DNA of 64,000 nt from Clostridia bacterium. Its GTDB lineage: Bacteria; Bacillota; Clostridia; Oscillospirales; CAG-272. Positions 1 through 9,279 of this stretch are shown here, piece by piece; the stretch's first letter is position 1, and each line of letters opens with the position of its first letter. Both the position numbers and the translations under genes were made by a program. The notes beneath the pieces are model-generated. The model saw only the letters and a program-made list of their open reading frames with translations. It was not told the origin of the DNA and did not search any database. The stretch is taken from positions 95,619 to 159,618 of the forward strand of contig JAFXAN010000121.1 of the NCBI GenBank assembly GCA_017517035.1, in the 5' to 3' direction.

Positions 1-1130
1 ATGGTGTCCATTGGAACTCTCTTTCTGTTATACCAGCAAGCAAAAGCGTGACCTGCTTCGTGGGTTACGACCTCAACATCATGCTGTGTTCCATTGAAAT
101 TGGCAAAAATGAACGGAACTTCATATTCCTGAATACCTGTGCAATATCCGCCGCCTGCCTTGCCTTCGGTTGAAAGAACATCCATCAGCTCACACTCAAG
201 CATAGTACGGAAAAATTCACTTGTTTCGGGAGAAAGCTCGTCATAGAATTTCTTGCCATGTGCAATGATAGCATCCGCATCACCGCAGGGCTTTGGATTT
301 CCGCTTCTGAACATAAGTGCATTATCTGCAAAGCTCATGGGGTATTCCTTGCCGAGTCTCTTAGCCTGCTCTCTGTATATCGAATCCGCAACGGGAACAA
401 GATATTTTACTACCGATGCACGGAACTTTTCGACATCCTCTTTAGTATAGCAATTTCTGCCCATTCTGTAATAACCAAGAGTTGTATAGCCCTCGTAGCC
501 GAGCTTTTTGCCCATTTTATCACGAAGACAAGTGAGCTTGTGATAAATTTCATCAAGCTTTGGCTGGTTTTCCTTATACCAAGCACCCTCTGCCTTCCAT
601 GCCGCAAGACGGCGGGCATCATCCGCATCGTTCTTGAATGGAGAAAGCTGTGAAATGGTGTAAACACCGCCTTCAAAGGGTATCTGTGCAGATGCAATGA
701 GCTTTTCATATTCCTGTGTCAGCTCGTTTTCCTCTTGAAGCTCGGGAATTATCTCGGGTGAGAAGGTCTTGAGAGCGATTTCAGCATTTACGAACACAAT
801 GTCACCGTATTCACGCTCAAAATCTGCTCTGAAAGGACTTTTCAGCATGAGAGCCGTCCACATCTGCTCATATTCCTGAAGCTCTGGCATTGCAGAGTTC
901 CAGAAATTCATCTCATCGTCATAGAATTTGTCTCTTGTGTCGATGGTGTGGCGAACATTTGCAAGAGTTCCCATTGTGCTTACATGCCTTAGCACATCTT
1001 CCTTCTCAAGAAATACCTTCTTTGCCTCAGCATAGTCCTTTGTTGCCTCAAATCGACGGCAAAGGTCACTAAGCTGCGCCTTGACTTCATCAAGTACCGG
1101 GCGCTCGTATTTCATTTCCGAAAATTTCAT
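1..1130 (-). CDS. M3 family oligoendopeptidase (PepF-like); N-terminal ~376 aa, C-terminus beyond window start
   Basis: Absent from the ORF track because it runs off the window. Reverse-strand ATG at 1128-1130 follows GGAGG (1140-1144). The frame stays open to position 1 (MKFSEMKYERPVLDEV...) and contains HEAGH (HExxH zinc site, encoded at 48-62) where M3B peptidases carry it. Confidence 0.8.
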   Translation of the reverse strand, partial: MKFSEMKYERPVLDEVKAQLSDLCRRFEATKDYAEAKKVFLEKEDVLRHVSTMGTLANVRHTIDTRDKFYDDEMNFWNSAMPELQEYEQMWTALMLKSPFRADFEREYGDIVFVNAEIALKTFSPEIIPELQEENELTQEYEKLIASAQIPFEGGVYTISQLSPFKNDADDARRLAAWKAEGAWYKENQPKLDEIYHKLTCLRDKMGKKLGYEGYTTLGYYRMGRNCYTKEDVEKFRASVVKYLVPVADSIYREQAKRLGKEYPMSFADNALMFRSGNPKPCGDADAIIAHGKKFYDELSPETSEFFRTMLECELMDVLSTEGKAGGGYCTGIQEYEVPFIFANFNGTQHDVEVVTHEAGHAFACWYNRKRVPMDT

Positions 1131-1151
1131 CTTTTATATCCTCCAAAAAAT

Positions 1152-2786
1152 TTAATCAATTATAATTCCCTCAATTTTACTTTCAAAGTCGGAGTTAAGC
1201 CATAGTCCTTTGTCAGAAATATCAATATGCTTCTCCGTTATTATACCGTCAGTTACAAAAACTGCTTTGTGGCTGTAAACACCAAAACTTTCGGCTTTTA
1301 TGCCGAGCGAATAAAGAATGCTTTCGTCCCAAAGAACATGACAATTTCCATTTTTATCACTAATTGTAAGCAGCGACTTTGAAAAATAACAATCGCTTGC
1401 AACAAAACCTATAGACGATGCAGCAAAATCAAGAAGCTTTTTGTCATTTTCACCGTCGGTTCTGATACATCTTATCTCATCTTCTGAAGAGTAGTAAACA
1501 TATGCACCGCCGATATCGAAGGTATCAATATTTTTGCTTACAAGTGTAGAGGTTTTTCCATCCGAGTAAAGATGCAGACCGCTTTCATCTGTGTAAACTA
1601 CACCTTTACTATGCACCATAAATTCTTTTACATTTTGAATATAGGCTTTTCCGTTTCGGTATAGTGTTCCGTCCTCGCTTAAAGCATAAACAACTCCGTC
1701 ATATACATCAAGAGAGACATAATCTCCTTCATAAAGAACGGTAGGCTCGGTGAAGCATTCATACACTTCCTTGCCTTCCTTTTTCTTTTTTTGACCGTCA
1801 CAGAAAATATAAGCAACATTGCCTTCGTTTGTCAGATACCAAAAATCATTGCTTTCGTTTGCAAGCTGTCCCTTGGCGTTATCGGTAATTATCAGGTGTT
1901 CATCATTGATGCCGCCGCTCATTTTTAGCTTTCCGTCGGCTATCCACATTGATGCTCTTTCGTAAATGACATCACTGTCATTGCCTTCATGGATATAATC
2001 TTCGCCCAAATAGAAGCTTCCTTTGTGCTTTTCAAGATCTCGCACTGCTGCAAATGTGTTTTTTATAGCGAGAGAATAAAGCTCCTCGGGAATCTCAACT
2101 CTTCCCTTAAAATATGCAATTCCGTCATCAAAAACACCAAAGGATGTCTCACTCCCGTCACTAAATATGATTTTTATTTTAAATTCATATTTGGGTTGAT
2201 TTGCGGCAGAAACCTTTTGATCTGTAAATTTACATTTTTTCAAAAGATTCCAAAAAGCGGCGATGTCTTCTGTTTTATATATCTCTCCAACAGGATGATA
2301 CTTATTTGTGGGAATTATCAAAAGCTTTTCCACCATATTCCTTTCGGGAATCATTTCGGAAAATGAAACATCGCTTTCCTCATCTATATCTATTCTTTCG
2401 TAAATGGCAAAGGAGGAAATGCTCTTTGCACATATTCTAAATTCGGGACTGTAGCCTTCGCAAGCGTGAACCTCGGTTCCTGTTTTTAAATATGTCGCCC
2501 TTATTCCGTCGGTGGGCGTTGATTTGCCCCAATTATGAAAATCTATTATGTTGTATTTAACCTCGCCAAGCTTATCTCCTGCAAACATTATATCGCAATC
2601 AATATTTTGGTATTCTCCGCCATTATAATAGATAACATCTGCCCATGATATGCTAATTTCGCTATGTAATGTTTCGTTAGCTGGGTTTGTTTCGGTATCA
2701 TAAACTATTTCATTCTCACTACTTTCACATGAAAAGGAAAAAGTGCTAAGAGCAAGTATAAGAAAACAAAAAATAATTTTTTTCAT
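1152..2786 (-). CDS. putative lipoprotein: one copy of a ~200-aa uncharacterised module plus a C-terminal beta-propeller-like repeat region (DUF5050-like)
   Basis: ORF track, 544 aa. The signal peptide ends in a Cys (MKKIIFCFLILALSTFSFSC). The module WADVIYYNG...GYSPEFRICAK...IPEELY is shared with the next gene. The C-terminal half has recurring YY/DG-spaced repeats. Confidence 0.6.
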   Translation of the reverse strand: MKKIIFCFLILALSTFSFSCESSENEIVYDTETNPANETLHSEISISWADVIYYNGGEYQNIDCDIMFAGDKLGEVKYNIIDFHNWGKSTPTDGIRATYLKTGTEVHACEGYSPEFRICAKSISSFAIYERIDIDEESDVSFSEMIPERNMVEKLLIIPTNKYHPVGEIYKTEDIAAFWNLLKKCKFTDQKVSAANQPKYEFKIKIIFSDGSETSFGVFDDGIAYFKGRVEIPEELYSLAIKNTFAAVRDLEKHKGSFYLGEDYIHEGNDSDVIYERASMWIADGKLKMSGGINDEHLIITDNAKGQLANESNDFWYLTNEGNVAYIFCDGQKKKKEGKEVYECFTEPTVLYEGDYVSLDVYDGVVYALSEDGTLYRNGKAYIQNVKEFMVHSKGVVYTDESGLHLYSDGKTSTLVSKNIDTFDIGGAYVYYSSEDEIRCIRTDGENDKKLLDFAASSIGFVASDCYFSKSLLTISDKNGNCHVLWDESILYSLGIKAESFGVYSHKAVFVTDGIITEKHIDISDKGLWLNSDFESKIEGIIID

Positions 2787-2798
2787 AAATCCTCTCCT

Positions 2799-4175
2799 TT
2801 AAGATACAGAGGCATTAAGTGCTTTTTCCAAAGCATCAAAAAATTCTTTTGGTATAATTGCGTGCCCCATAAAATGTCCGTATCCGTGATCATAGGCAAT
2901 AAAATCAGTTTTTGTGCCGTCGATGTATTCAAGTGTTATTTTATACATATTATGAGGCTCATCAGTAAGACCGTTTGAATGGGTGATCTCGGTAAGTAGC
3001 GAATGTAGCTTTTTAATATGCTCTGCATTTTCGATACATCCGAAAAGCTCGTATTCATATATATCGCTATTCCATTTTTCTGCAATGATTTTTCTTATCT
3101 GCTCAGCGGAAGGCAGCAGCTCAGCCATGGAAATATCTCCTGCCACCCTTGTTTCATAAATATTGAATGACGATATTCCTCTTGCGCATATTCTGAATTC
3201 GGGGCTGTATCCCTTACAAGCATAAACATTCGTTCCGACCTTTGTGAATGTTGCACTGATTCCGTCTGCAGGAGCTTCCTCTCCTTTTTCATAATGTTCT
3301 ACTATGCTATATTCAACCTCTCCCAGCTTTTCACCGGCAACCGGGGCAACATCGGAATATATATTATCATAATATCTGCCATTATAACAAATAACATCCG
3401 CCCAATCAACCATCTCATAGCGTCCGGCGATGCTTTTGCCTGCCATAACCTCTTCAATAAGCTCGAAAAATTCATCGGGAATCAGAATATAGTCAATAAA
3501 ATTTGCATATCCGCCCTCAAAAACAGGGATATACGAGGTGCTTCCGTCAGTATATTCAATTTTAATACTGTTCTGCTTTGCGTAGCTTTTCATATTCTCA
3601 TAAGGAACATATTCGCTCCATTCAAAGCAAGTCCACAAAGTATCAATATAGTATTTTTTGTTTTCAATTTCACATAGCACGTTGTCTTTTGCATCGCAGT
3701 ATGTGAGCTTTTTTATTTGGTTACTATTTGGAATAGTCTCTCTGAATACGGGTAATTCACCATCAAGCGTATATGATCTTGTGAATATTAATGGCTCATC
3801 ATAGTCGGTAATTTTCGCACATATGCGAAAATCGGGACTATACCCCTCACATTCATATATTTTTTCTCCTACAGGAGTAAAGGTTGCACTGTTGCTTCCT
3901 TTAGGTATTTCCATATCATTTTCATAATATTCGGGAATATTATATTCAACCGTTCCAAGCTCTGCACCGATTTCGGGTGCTATCTCATAAGCGCTGACAT
4001 AATTTGCACCGTTATATCGAATAATAGTTGCCCAACAAACTATTTCACGCTCGGACATAGTATCAATATCAATTTCGGTTGTCTCTTGCGAATCTGTCAC
4101 ATACTGCTCCTCTGTTTTATTGCATGAACAAAAAATCAACAGAGAAAGAAGAACAATTGCAAGAATTTTTTTCAT
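2799..4175 (-). CDS. putative lipoprotein with two tandem copies of the same ~200-aa module (paralog of 1152-2786)
   Basis: ORF track, 458 aa. Signal peptide/lipobox-like MKKILAIVLLSLLIFCSC. The motif set W-A-x-x-I-x-YNG / LGxVEY / ATFT / GYSP(D/E)FRICA / IEY(T/I)DG / IPxEFF occurs twice. Confidence 0.6.
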   Translation of the reverse strand: MKKILAIVLLSLLIFCSCNKTEEQYVTDSQETTEIDIDTMSEREIVCWATIIRYNGANYVSAYEIAPEIGAELGTVEYNIPEYYENDMEIPKGSNSATFTPVGEKIYECEGYSPDFRICAKITDYDEPLIFTRSYTLDGELPVFRETIPNSNQIKKLTYCDAKDNVLCEIENKKYYIDTLWTCFEWSEYVPYENMKSYAKQNSIKIEYTDGSTSYIPVFEGGYANFIDYILIPDEFFELIEEVMAGKSIAGRYEMVDWADVICYNGRYYDNIYSDVAPVAGEKLGEVEYSIVEHYEKGEEAPADGISATFTKVGTNVYACKGYSPEFRICARGISSFNIYETRVAGDISMAELLPSAEQIRKIIAEKWNSDIYEYELFGCIENAEHIKKLHSLLTEITHSNGLTDEPHNMYKITLEYIDGTKTDFIAYDHGYGHFMGHAIIPKEFFDALEKALNASVS

Positions 4176-4178
4176 ATA

Positions 4179-4916
4179 TTATCCTCCATTCATAATGTCT
4201 CTTGCTTTTTCAAAATATCTTCTGCCAAGAATGCGAAGAGATGCGGAATTGAAATGCAAATGATCATTTTTCAGCTCAAGATCGCAAACGGGCACGATTC
4301 CGCACATGGGAAGCTCATCCGCAAGAGAATGAAGAAGAGCGTTCATTTGGGGGACTTTATCGGAAATATTCCATTCCTCACCGATCTTGTCCGATATCTC
4401 GCCAATCACAAGAGGAAGATCTTCAGCTCCAAGCTCATGTCTAAAGCCGTTCATTGTGTTAAGAAATAATTCTCTATATTTTGCGGCATCAAAATCTCGG
4501 CAGTTGCCTTCACCTTGATGCCAGATTATTCCGCCGAAATTCGATGTTCTCATTGCAAGCTTTGTCATCATCACAGCATGATCAAAAAGCACCTCTCCCG
4601 GCTGCCACTGTTCAATTCTTGTGCCGCCGTCAGCGCATGGGATAAGCCCGACCTTTCCGCCAAGATGTTTTGACATCTCGTCTGCAAAGCTTGCCCCAAG
4701 AGAAATTCCGCTGTGGAATCTGATGTTAAGAACATCTCGATCGACATTTATAGGCTCGCTCATTGGCTGCCATCTTCCCATGCGAAGCATGCAGCAGTTT
4801 TCATTTACTATCGGTTCAACCTCACCAAAATCTCCTCGTCCTGCCATATTGGACTGTCCGATCATAAGAAAGGATGTGATCTCCCCAACATTTTTTGTGA
4901 TTCCGTCATTTATCAT
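4179..4916 (-). CDS. carbohydrate esterase, sialate O-acetylesterase-like (SGNH/DUF303 type)
   Basis: 245 aa with an N-terminal IGQSNMAGRG block and a WHQGEGN block, both typical of this esterase family. No signal peptide. GGAGG lies 10 nt upstream of the ATG. Confidence 0.65.
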   Translation of the reverse strand: MINDGITKNVGEITSFLMIGQSNMAGRGDFGEVEPIVNENCCMLRMGRWQPMSEPINVDRDVLNIRFHSGISLGASFADEMSKHLGGKVGLIPCADGGTRIEQWQPGEVLFDHAVMMTKLAMRTSNFGGIIWHQGEGNCRDFDAAKYRELFLNTMNGFRHELGAEDLPLVIGEISDKIGEEWNISDKVPQMNALLHSLADELPMCGIVPVCDLELKNDHLHFNSASLRILGRRYFEKARDIMNGG

Positions 4917-4949
4917 AGCATGTAAACCTCCAAATCATTTCGATAACTA

Positions 4950-4978
4950 ATTATACCATATAATTCTTAAAAATTCAA
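4950..4978 (-). promoter_or_regulatory. promoter of the esterase/lipoprotein/oligoendopeptidase operon
   Basis: On the reverse strand: TTGAAT (4973-4978), 17-nt spacer, TATAAT (4950-4955). Divergent from the promoter at 4987-5015. Confidence 0.5.
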
Positions 4979-4986
4979 TAAAATCA

Positions 4987-5015
4987 TTGACAAAATCTGT
5001 AAAACACAGTAAAAT
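4987..5015 (+). promoter_or_regulatory. promoter of the 5049-6436 operon
   Basis: TTGACA (4987-4992), 17-nt spacer, TAAAAT (5010-5015). Confidence 0.55.
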
Positions 5016-5048
5016 AAATTAAAAAAGAAGAAATGAGGTTTATTTATT

Positions 5049-5297
5049 ATGGGATATTTGTTTTCTTACCTTCTTTTGGTGCTGTTGCCTTTAGCAATTG
5101 TTGCATTTTTTGTTATCAGTCTTGTGCTTTACTGTCTTGCAAAAAGCAGAAACAAGAAAACCCCCGGCAGATATAACGATGTTCAGATGCAAACAAGAAA
5201 GCTTTGCCTGATTTTTTCATCGGTATTATTGGGACTTGTCATTTTTGCCATTGTATTCATTTTCAGTATATTTATGATGGCAATATCATTTATGTGA
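5049..5297 (+). CDS. small membrane protein (2 predicted TM helices)
   Basis: 82-aa ORF with two long hydrophobic stretches. It follows a TTGACA-17-TAAAAT promoter and is the first of three tightly spaced genes. Confidence 0.5.
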   Translation: MGYLFSYLLLVLLPLAIVAFFVISLVLYCLAKSRNKKTPGRYNDVQMQTRKLCLIFSSVLLGLVIFAIVFIFSIFMMAISFM

Positions 5298-5304
5298 GGC
5301 AATT

Positions 5305-5445
5305 ATGAAAAAACGGACATTTCTTATTCTGCTTATTGCTGTTCTCGCAGTTTGTACCGCAGTTACAGCAGCTCACATAATTTATGCCTATCATGCATAT
5401 GAGCAATGCTCCATTATCTATTTTATCGGAAAGGAGCTTTGGTAA
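5305..5445 (+). CDS. small membrane protein (46 aa, 1 TM)
   Basis: Below the ORF-track size cutoff. ATG at 5305 with GAGG 5 nt upstream. Sequence MKKRTFLILLIAVLAVCTAVTAAH... Its stop lies 1 nt before the next ATG. Confidence 0.4.
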   Translation: MKKRTFLILLIAVLAVCTAVTAAHIIYAYHAYEQCSIIYFIGKELW

Positions 5446-5446
5446 T

Positions 5447-6436
5447 ATGAAAAAGCTGATTTTCGGTATTTCGATTTTGCTTATCATTGTCCTGCTTTTT
5501 GCGTCCTTTAATTTTGGGATATATATTTTCCTAACAAGCAGGCTTTCAAACAATTTCAGCGGAACGGATCAGGCGAAAATGATTGATGTTTCCGCTTTTC
5601 TTCCCCATGAGACGGAATCCTCTCTCCCCGATCTTGAATGCTCTCTCACCCTTTCGGGTGATCTTCCTGTTCTCGACGGTGCGGCAGCACTTGTTCCTGT
5701 TTATGCTTCGGTGATAGATACTGTTTATCCCATAGGCTCTGTTACATATGATGGTGGCGAGTTTTCCGATGACAATTATTACGGTGAAAATTTTGCTCCC
5801 GACAGCAAAATGCAATATAAAAACACCGTCAGAGGCTATAAGGCTATAGTTGACGGTGATACCGATATTCTTTTCTGTGCTTCCCCCTCGGATGATCAGA
5901 AAAAATACGCAGAGGATAAGGGCGTGAAGCTGGTCTATATTCCGATTGGTCTTGAAGCATTTGTTTTCTTTGTGAATGAAAATAATCCTGTTGATGACCT
6001 CACTGCCGATGAAATACGCAGAATCTATTCGGGAGAGATCAAAAATTGGTCAGAAGTTGGTGGTGCAAACAGAGTTATCAATCCTGTTTCACGCCTTAAA
6101 GGAAGCGGCAGCCAGACCACAATGGAAGCATTTATGAAAGACCGTGAGATCGGAAACAAATCAATTTTTTCCTTATTGGGCGGCTCTATCGGCTTTTCCT
6201 TCAGATACTATATGAACGGAATCGTTGAGAATGAGAATGTGAAGATATTATCCATGAACGGAATTGCGCCAACTCCGGAAAACATCAAAAACGGAACTTA
6301 TCCCGTCATTGCTGAGTTTTATGCTATCTACCGTGAGGATAATGAAAATGAAAACATCCCCCTCCTCATTGATTGGCTGCTCTCGGATGAGGGACAAACG
6401 CTTATTGAGAAAAACGGATATATTGGTATAAAATAA
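5447..6436 (+). CDS. PstS-family (PBP_like_2) substrate-binding protein with N-terminal TM anchor
   Basis: Internal start MKKLIFGISILL... at 5447, with AAGGAG 10 nt upstream, preferred over the track start at 5384. GSGSQTT and LSMNGIAPTPENIKNGTYPV resemble phosphate-binding-protein motifs. No pstCAB genes are adjacent. Confidence 0.6.
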   Translation: MKKLIFGISILLIIVLLFASFNFGIYIFLTSRLSNNFSGTDQAKMIDVSAFLPHETESSLPDLECSLTLSGDLPVLDGAAALVPVYASVIDTVYPIGSVTYDGGEFSDDNYYGENFAPDSKMQYKNTVRGYKAIVDGDTDILFCASPSDDQKKYAEDKGVKLVYIPIGLEAFVFFVNENNPVDDLTADEIRRIYSGEIKNWSEVGGANRVINPVSRLKGSGSQTTMEAFMKDREIGNKSIFSLLGGSIGFSFRYYMNGIVENENVKILSMNGIAPTPENIKNGTYPVIAEFYAIYREDNENENIPLLIDWLLSDEGQTLIEKNGYIGIK

Positions 6437-6441
6437 AAACA

Positions 6442-6470
6442 AAGGCAAGGCCGATGGTCTTGCCTTTATT
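6442..6470 (+). terminator. rho-independent terminator after the PstS-like gene
   Basis: AAGGCAAG / CTTGCCTT stem with a 9-nt loop, followed by TATT. Confidence 0.55.
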
Positions 6471-6476
6471 CTTGTC

Positions 6477-6746
6477 AAACAGTAATTTGTCGGTGAGGGA
6501 GTTTCGCCTCTGCGGAGGCGACCGACGCCGCCGTCGGCTCGCGCGACCTTTTATAAAAGGTCGATCAAAACTTTGAAAAAGAAAATTTTTATTGTTGTTT
6601 ATCTGTGTTTCTACATGGAATTTATGAGAATTCTATGTAGAAAACTTGTCATCAATCTCCTCACAAGTCATCCTGAACGAAGTGAAGGATCTGGAAACGC
6701 TAAAGGATGATTTCACCACTATATGACAGTTCGATAAATTACTGTT
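6477..6746. mobile_element. MITE-like intergenic element, copy A (inverted relative to copies B-D)
   Basis: Bounded by AAACAGTAATTTGTCG ... CGATAAATTACTGTTT. Positions 6477-6614 are the reverse complement of 37586-37723 with 3 mismatches in 138 nt. Several GC-rich hairpins; no credible ORF. Confidence 0.65.
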
Positions 6747-6768
6747 TATTATATTGATATGCAATCGG

Positions 6769-9279
6769 TTATTCTAATGGGATAAATTTGCCGTCTGTAA
6801 GTTTGAAATCAAATTTATCTACAAATACGCCGCTGAAGGTTAAATAATATTCTCCCTCAAATTTTACGATACCGAAATCATACATACCGAGGAAATCATA
6901 GTATCCTTTGGAGAGGTCATATTCAATTTTGTCCTCATCCGTATAACTTGTGATATCGACAATTCCACCAAGATCAACTGTTCCGCTGTAATCTTCCTCA
7001 CCGTCGGAGAATTTTACGGTCATAAACTGACCATTATCAGTCTTTTCGGCAGACAATCCCTCAACCTTCACGGCTTCGCAAATTCTGACGCTCTCAATAA
7101 CTGGAACAAGAACTCTTTCGAAATAATCGTCCGAATCGCCATCATACCAAGAATAGAAATATATCTGGGTCAAATAATTATCGGGAGTTATTATCTCTAC
7201 ATAATATATGCGTCTCAAAGCTCCGCCCGTCATTTCTCTTCCCGAGATCACAGACCATTCCTTAATATATTTTCCGTCTCCATCATAATGCATGAGACTG
7301 TCCTCATCAAACTTGAACTCAGTCCAGCCGAAATGATTTTCATATGTCATTTTCTCATATTCTTCGGGAATCTTTATGATCTTTCCAACAAATTCGGCTC
7401 TATGGTTGTTTTCGCTTCGTTCAGTATCAAATGCACCCATATCCCATGTGTGAGGTGTTTTGTAGATAAATCCATATGATGCCTTGCTATATTCTTCTTT
7501 TACGATGTTCCCCTCGGCGTCTCCCTCTGCAAACCAATAGTTCAGCCTCAGATTTTCAACATATTTATCCGAACCGTCATAGATCCTTTGGGTACTCTCA
7601 AATTTCAGCTCATAATCCACATAGTAGATATCATAATAAATATACATATCGTCACGCAGAATCTCACCTGTGCTGTAATCCATTAGAAATTCGCCTTTTT
7701 CGTTCTTGGCTCTGATGGGATATTTCGCCATGGTTTCGGGATCTGTATTCCATTCTGCGCTGTGAGCAAGATAATCCCCGTCTCCCTTTCCGAAATACGG
7801 AACGCAGGGCGCATCATAACTCCACCAGGTCTGATACAGCTTACCCGTAAGGTCTTCTATAAAGAAATTCCAATCGCCTGCATTCATATATTCAATGAGA
7901 AAGCTGTTTCCGTCAGGCGAAGGTGTCATTCTGTATTCAACATCACTTGGGAAACGATGCTCATAAATACTTACGCCCTCTTTATTTGTAAAGGTTATGG
8001 TTTTATAAGCCTCTCCCTCTTTGCCAAATTCGATAAACCATTCGCCCATAGTGCTATCCGCACTTCCCTCTGCGTCATTGGGGATAAAGGTGACAACTTC
8101 AACTCTCCATCTGACCTCATTCCAATATAGGCACTCCCATATTTCATAGAGCCTATAGCCGATAAGCATATCATATCCGCCCTCGCACGGAATTATGACA
8201 TCAACTACAGATTTTGCATTCCAATCGTTTGTTTTAATCTCAAGGGATGCAAAATCAAGAGAATCAATGCTCGGAATTATTGCTCCCTCCGGCTTCTTCT
8301 GACCTTCATAAAGTCCACCATAACAGAAGGTATCCTCGGGGATAACTCCCGTGCTGTAATATTCAAGAACATCCTCAAACTGACTTGTTATATTTTCCCC
8401 GTTGCTTTTTCTAAACGCTTCTTCAATAGTAACGCTGCCTCTAACAAAATCCTCCCCGGGACATGGTGCGCCTGCAAGCATCGTCAGGTAAAAAGGAACT
8501 AAGTTAAAGCTGGTCTCGGCGATTTTCATGCCTTTGGGAAAACTTCCGTCAACTGCCCTGAAACAGCCTGAAAATGCTCCGTCTGCAAGCTCCATGACAC
8601 TATCGGGAAGATCTATAGCCTTAAGGGGCAGTCCCGCAAAGGCGTTAAAGCCAATATAAAGAAGTCCTTCGGGAAAAACTACATCTTCAAGGTGCGACAT
8701 TTGGAAAGCATGAGCGGCAATATATTTTACACCATTGGGTATAGTGAAGGATTTACTTTCCGTGTCGGTATATTTGAAAACAGTTTCACCGTTTGCGCTC
8801 AAAATAAGTCCGTCACGCTCAATAAAATCCGAATTTTCTGAAAATTCAAGGGATTCGAGAGAAAAGCAACCTGCAAAAGCGTCATAATCAACATCCTTCA
8901 CCGTGCTTGAAAGTGAGATCACCTTGATCTTGCTTGCGTTTTCACTTGAAAGGAACGCATGGTGAGCGATCTTTTCGATTCCTTCGGGAATAACAAGCGT
9001 GTCAACAGCCTCTCCCTTATAGGAAACGAGCGTTGTTCCATCAAGCTCAAAGCTTTCATATTCGGGTGCGCTGAAATCATAGCTCGGAAGCTTTTCTCCA
9101 TCATTTCGCATCATGAATGGCAAAGCTAAAGCAGCAGCAAGAAGCGTGGCAATTGCAGCAATCAAAAGCACGCCTTTTATTCCAAAGCGTTTCTTTTTGA
9201 AGCGGCTCATGTCTGCGGCTTCAGTGATATATTTTTCATCAATAAATGACATAAGTCTGAAAAGCTCGGTGTTTTTCAT
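6769..9279 (-). CDS. membrane-anchored protein with BspA-type leucine-rich repeats (LRR_5) and a large unknown ectodomain; putative anti-sigma/sensor partner
   Basis: 836 aa. It has a short cytoplasmic N-terminus (MKNTELFRLMSFIDEKYITEAA), one TM helix (GVLLIAAIATLLAAALALPFMM), then LVIPEGIEKIAHHAF...AFAGCFSLESL type LRR_5 units. Its start overlaps the sigma gene stop by 4 nt. Confidence 0.6.
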   Translation of the reverse strand: MKNTELFRLMSFIDEKYITEAADMSRFKKKRFGIKGVLLIAAIATLLAAALALPFMMRNDGEKLPSYDFSAPEYESFELDGTTLVSYKGEAVDTLVIPEGIEKIAHHAFLSSENASKIKVISLSSTVKDVDYDAFAGCFSLESLEFSENSDFIERDGLILSANGETVFKYTDTESKSFTIPNGVKYIAAHAFQMSHLEDVVFPEGLLYIGFNAFAGLPLKAIDLPDSVMELADGAFSGCFRAVDGSFPKGMKIAETSFNLVPFYLTMLAGAPCPGEDFVRGSVTIEEAFRKSNGENITSQFEDVLEYYSTGVIPEDTFCYGGLYEGQKKPEGAIIPSIDSLDFASLEIKTNDWNAKSVVDVIIPCEGGYDMLIGYRLYEIWECLYWNEVRWRVEVVTFIPNDAEGSADSTMGEWFIEFGKEGEAYKTITFTNKEGVSIYEHRFPSDVEYRMTPSPDGNSFLIEYMNAGDWNFFIEDLTGKLYQTWWSYDAPCVPYFGKGDGDYLAHSAEWNTDPETMAKYPIRAKNEKGEFLMDYSTGEILRDDMYIYYDIYYVDYELKFESTQRIYDGSDKYVENLRLNYWFAEGDAEGNIVKEEYSKASYGFIYKTPHTWDMGAFDTERSENNHRAEFVGKIIKIPEEYEKMTYENHFGWTEFKFDEDSLMHYDGDGKYIKEWSVISGREMTGGALRRIYYVEIITPDNYLTQIYFYSWYDGDSDDYFERVLVPVIESVRICEAVKVEGLSAEKTDNGQFMTVKFSDGEEDYSGTVDLGGIVDITSYTDEDKIEYDLSKGYYDFLGMYDFGIVKFEGEYYLTFSGVFVDKFDFKLTDGKFIPLE

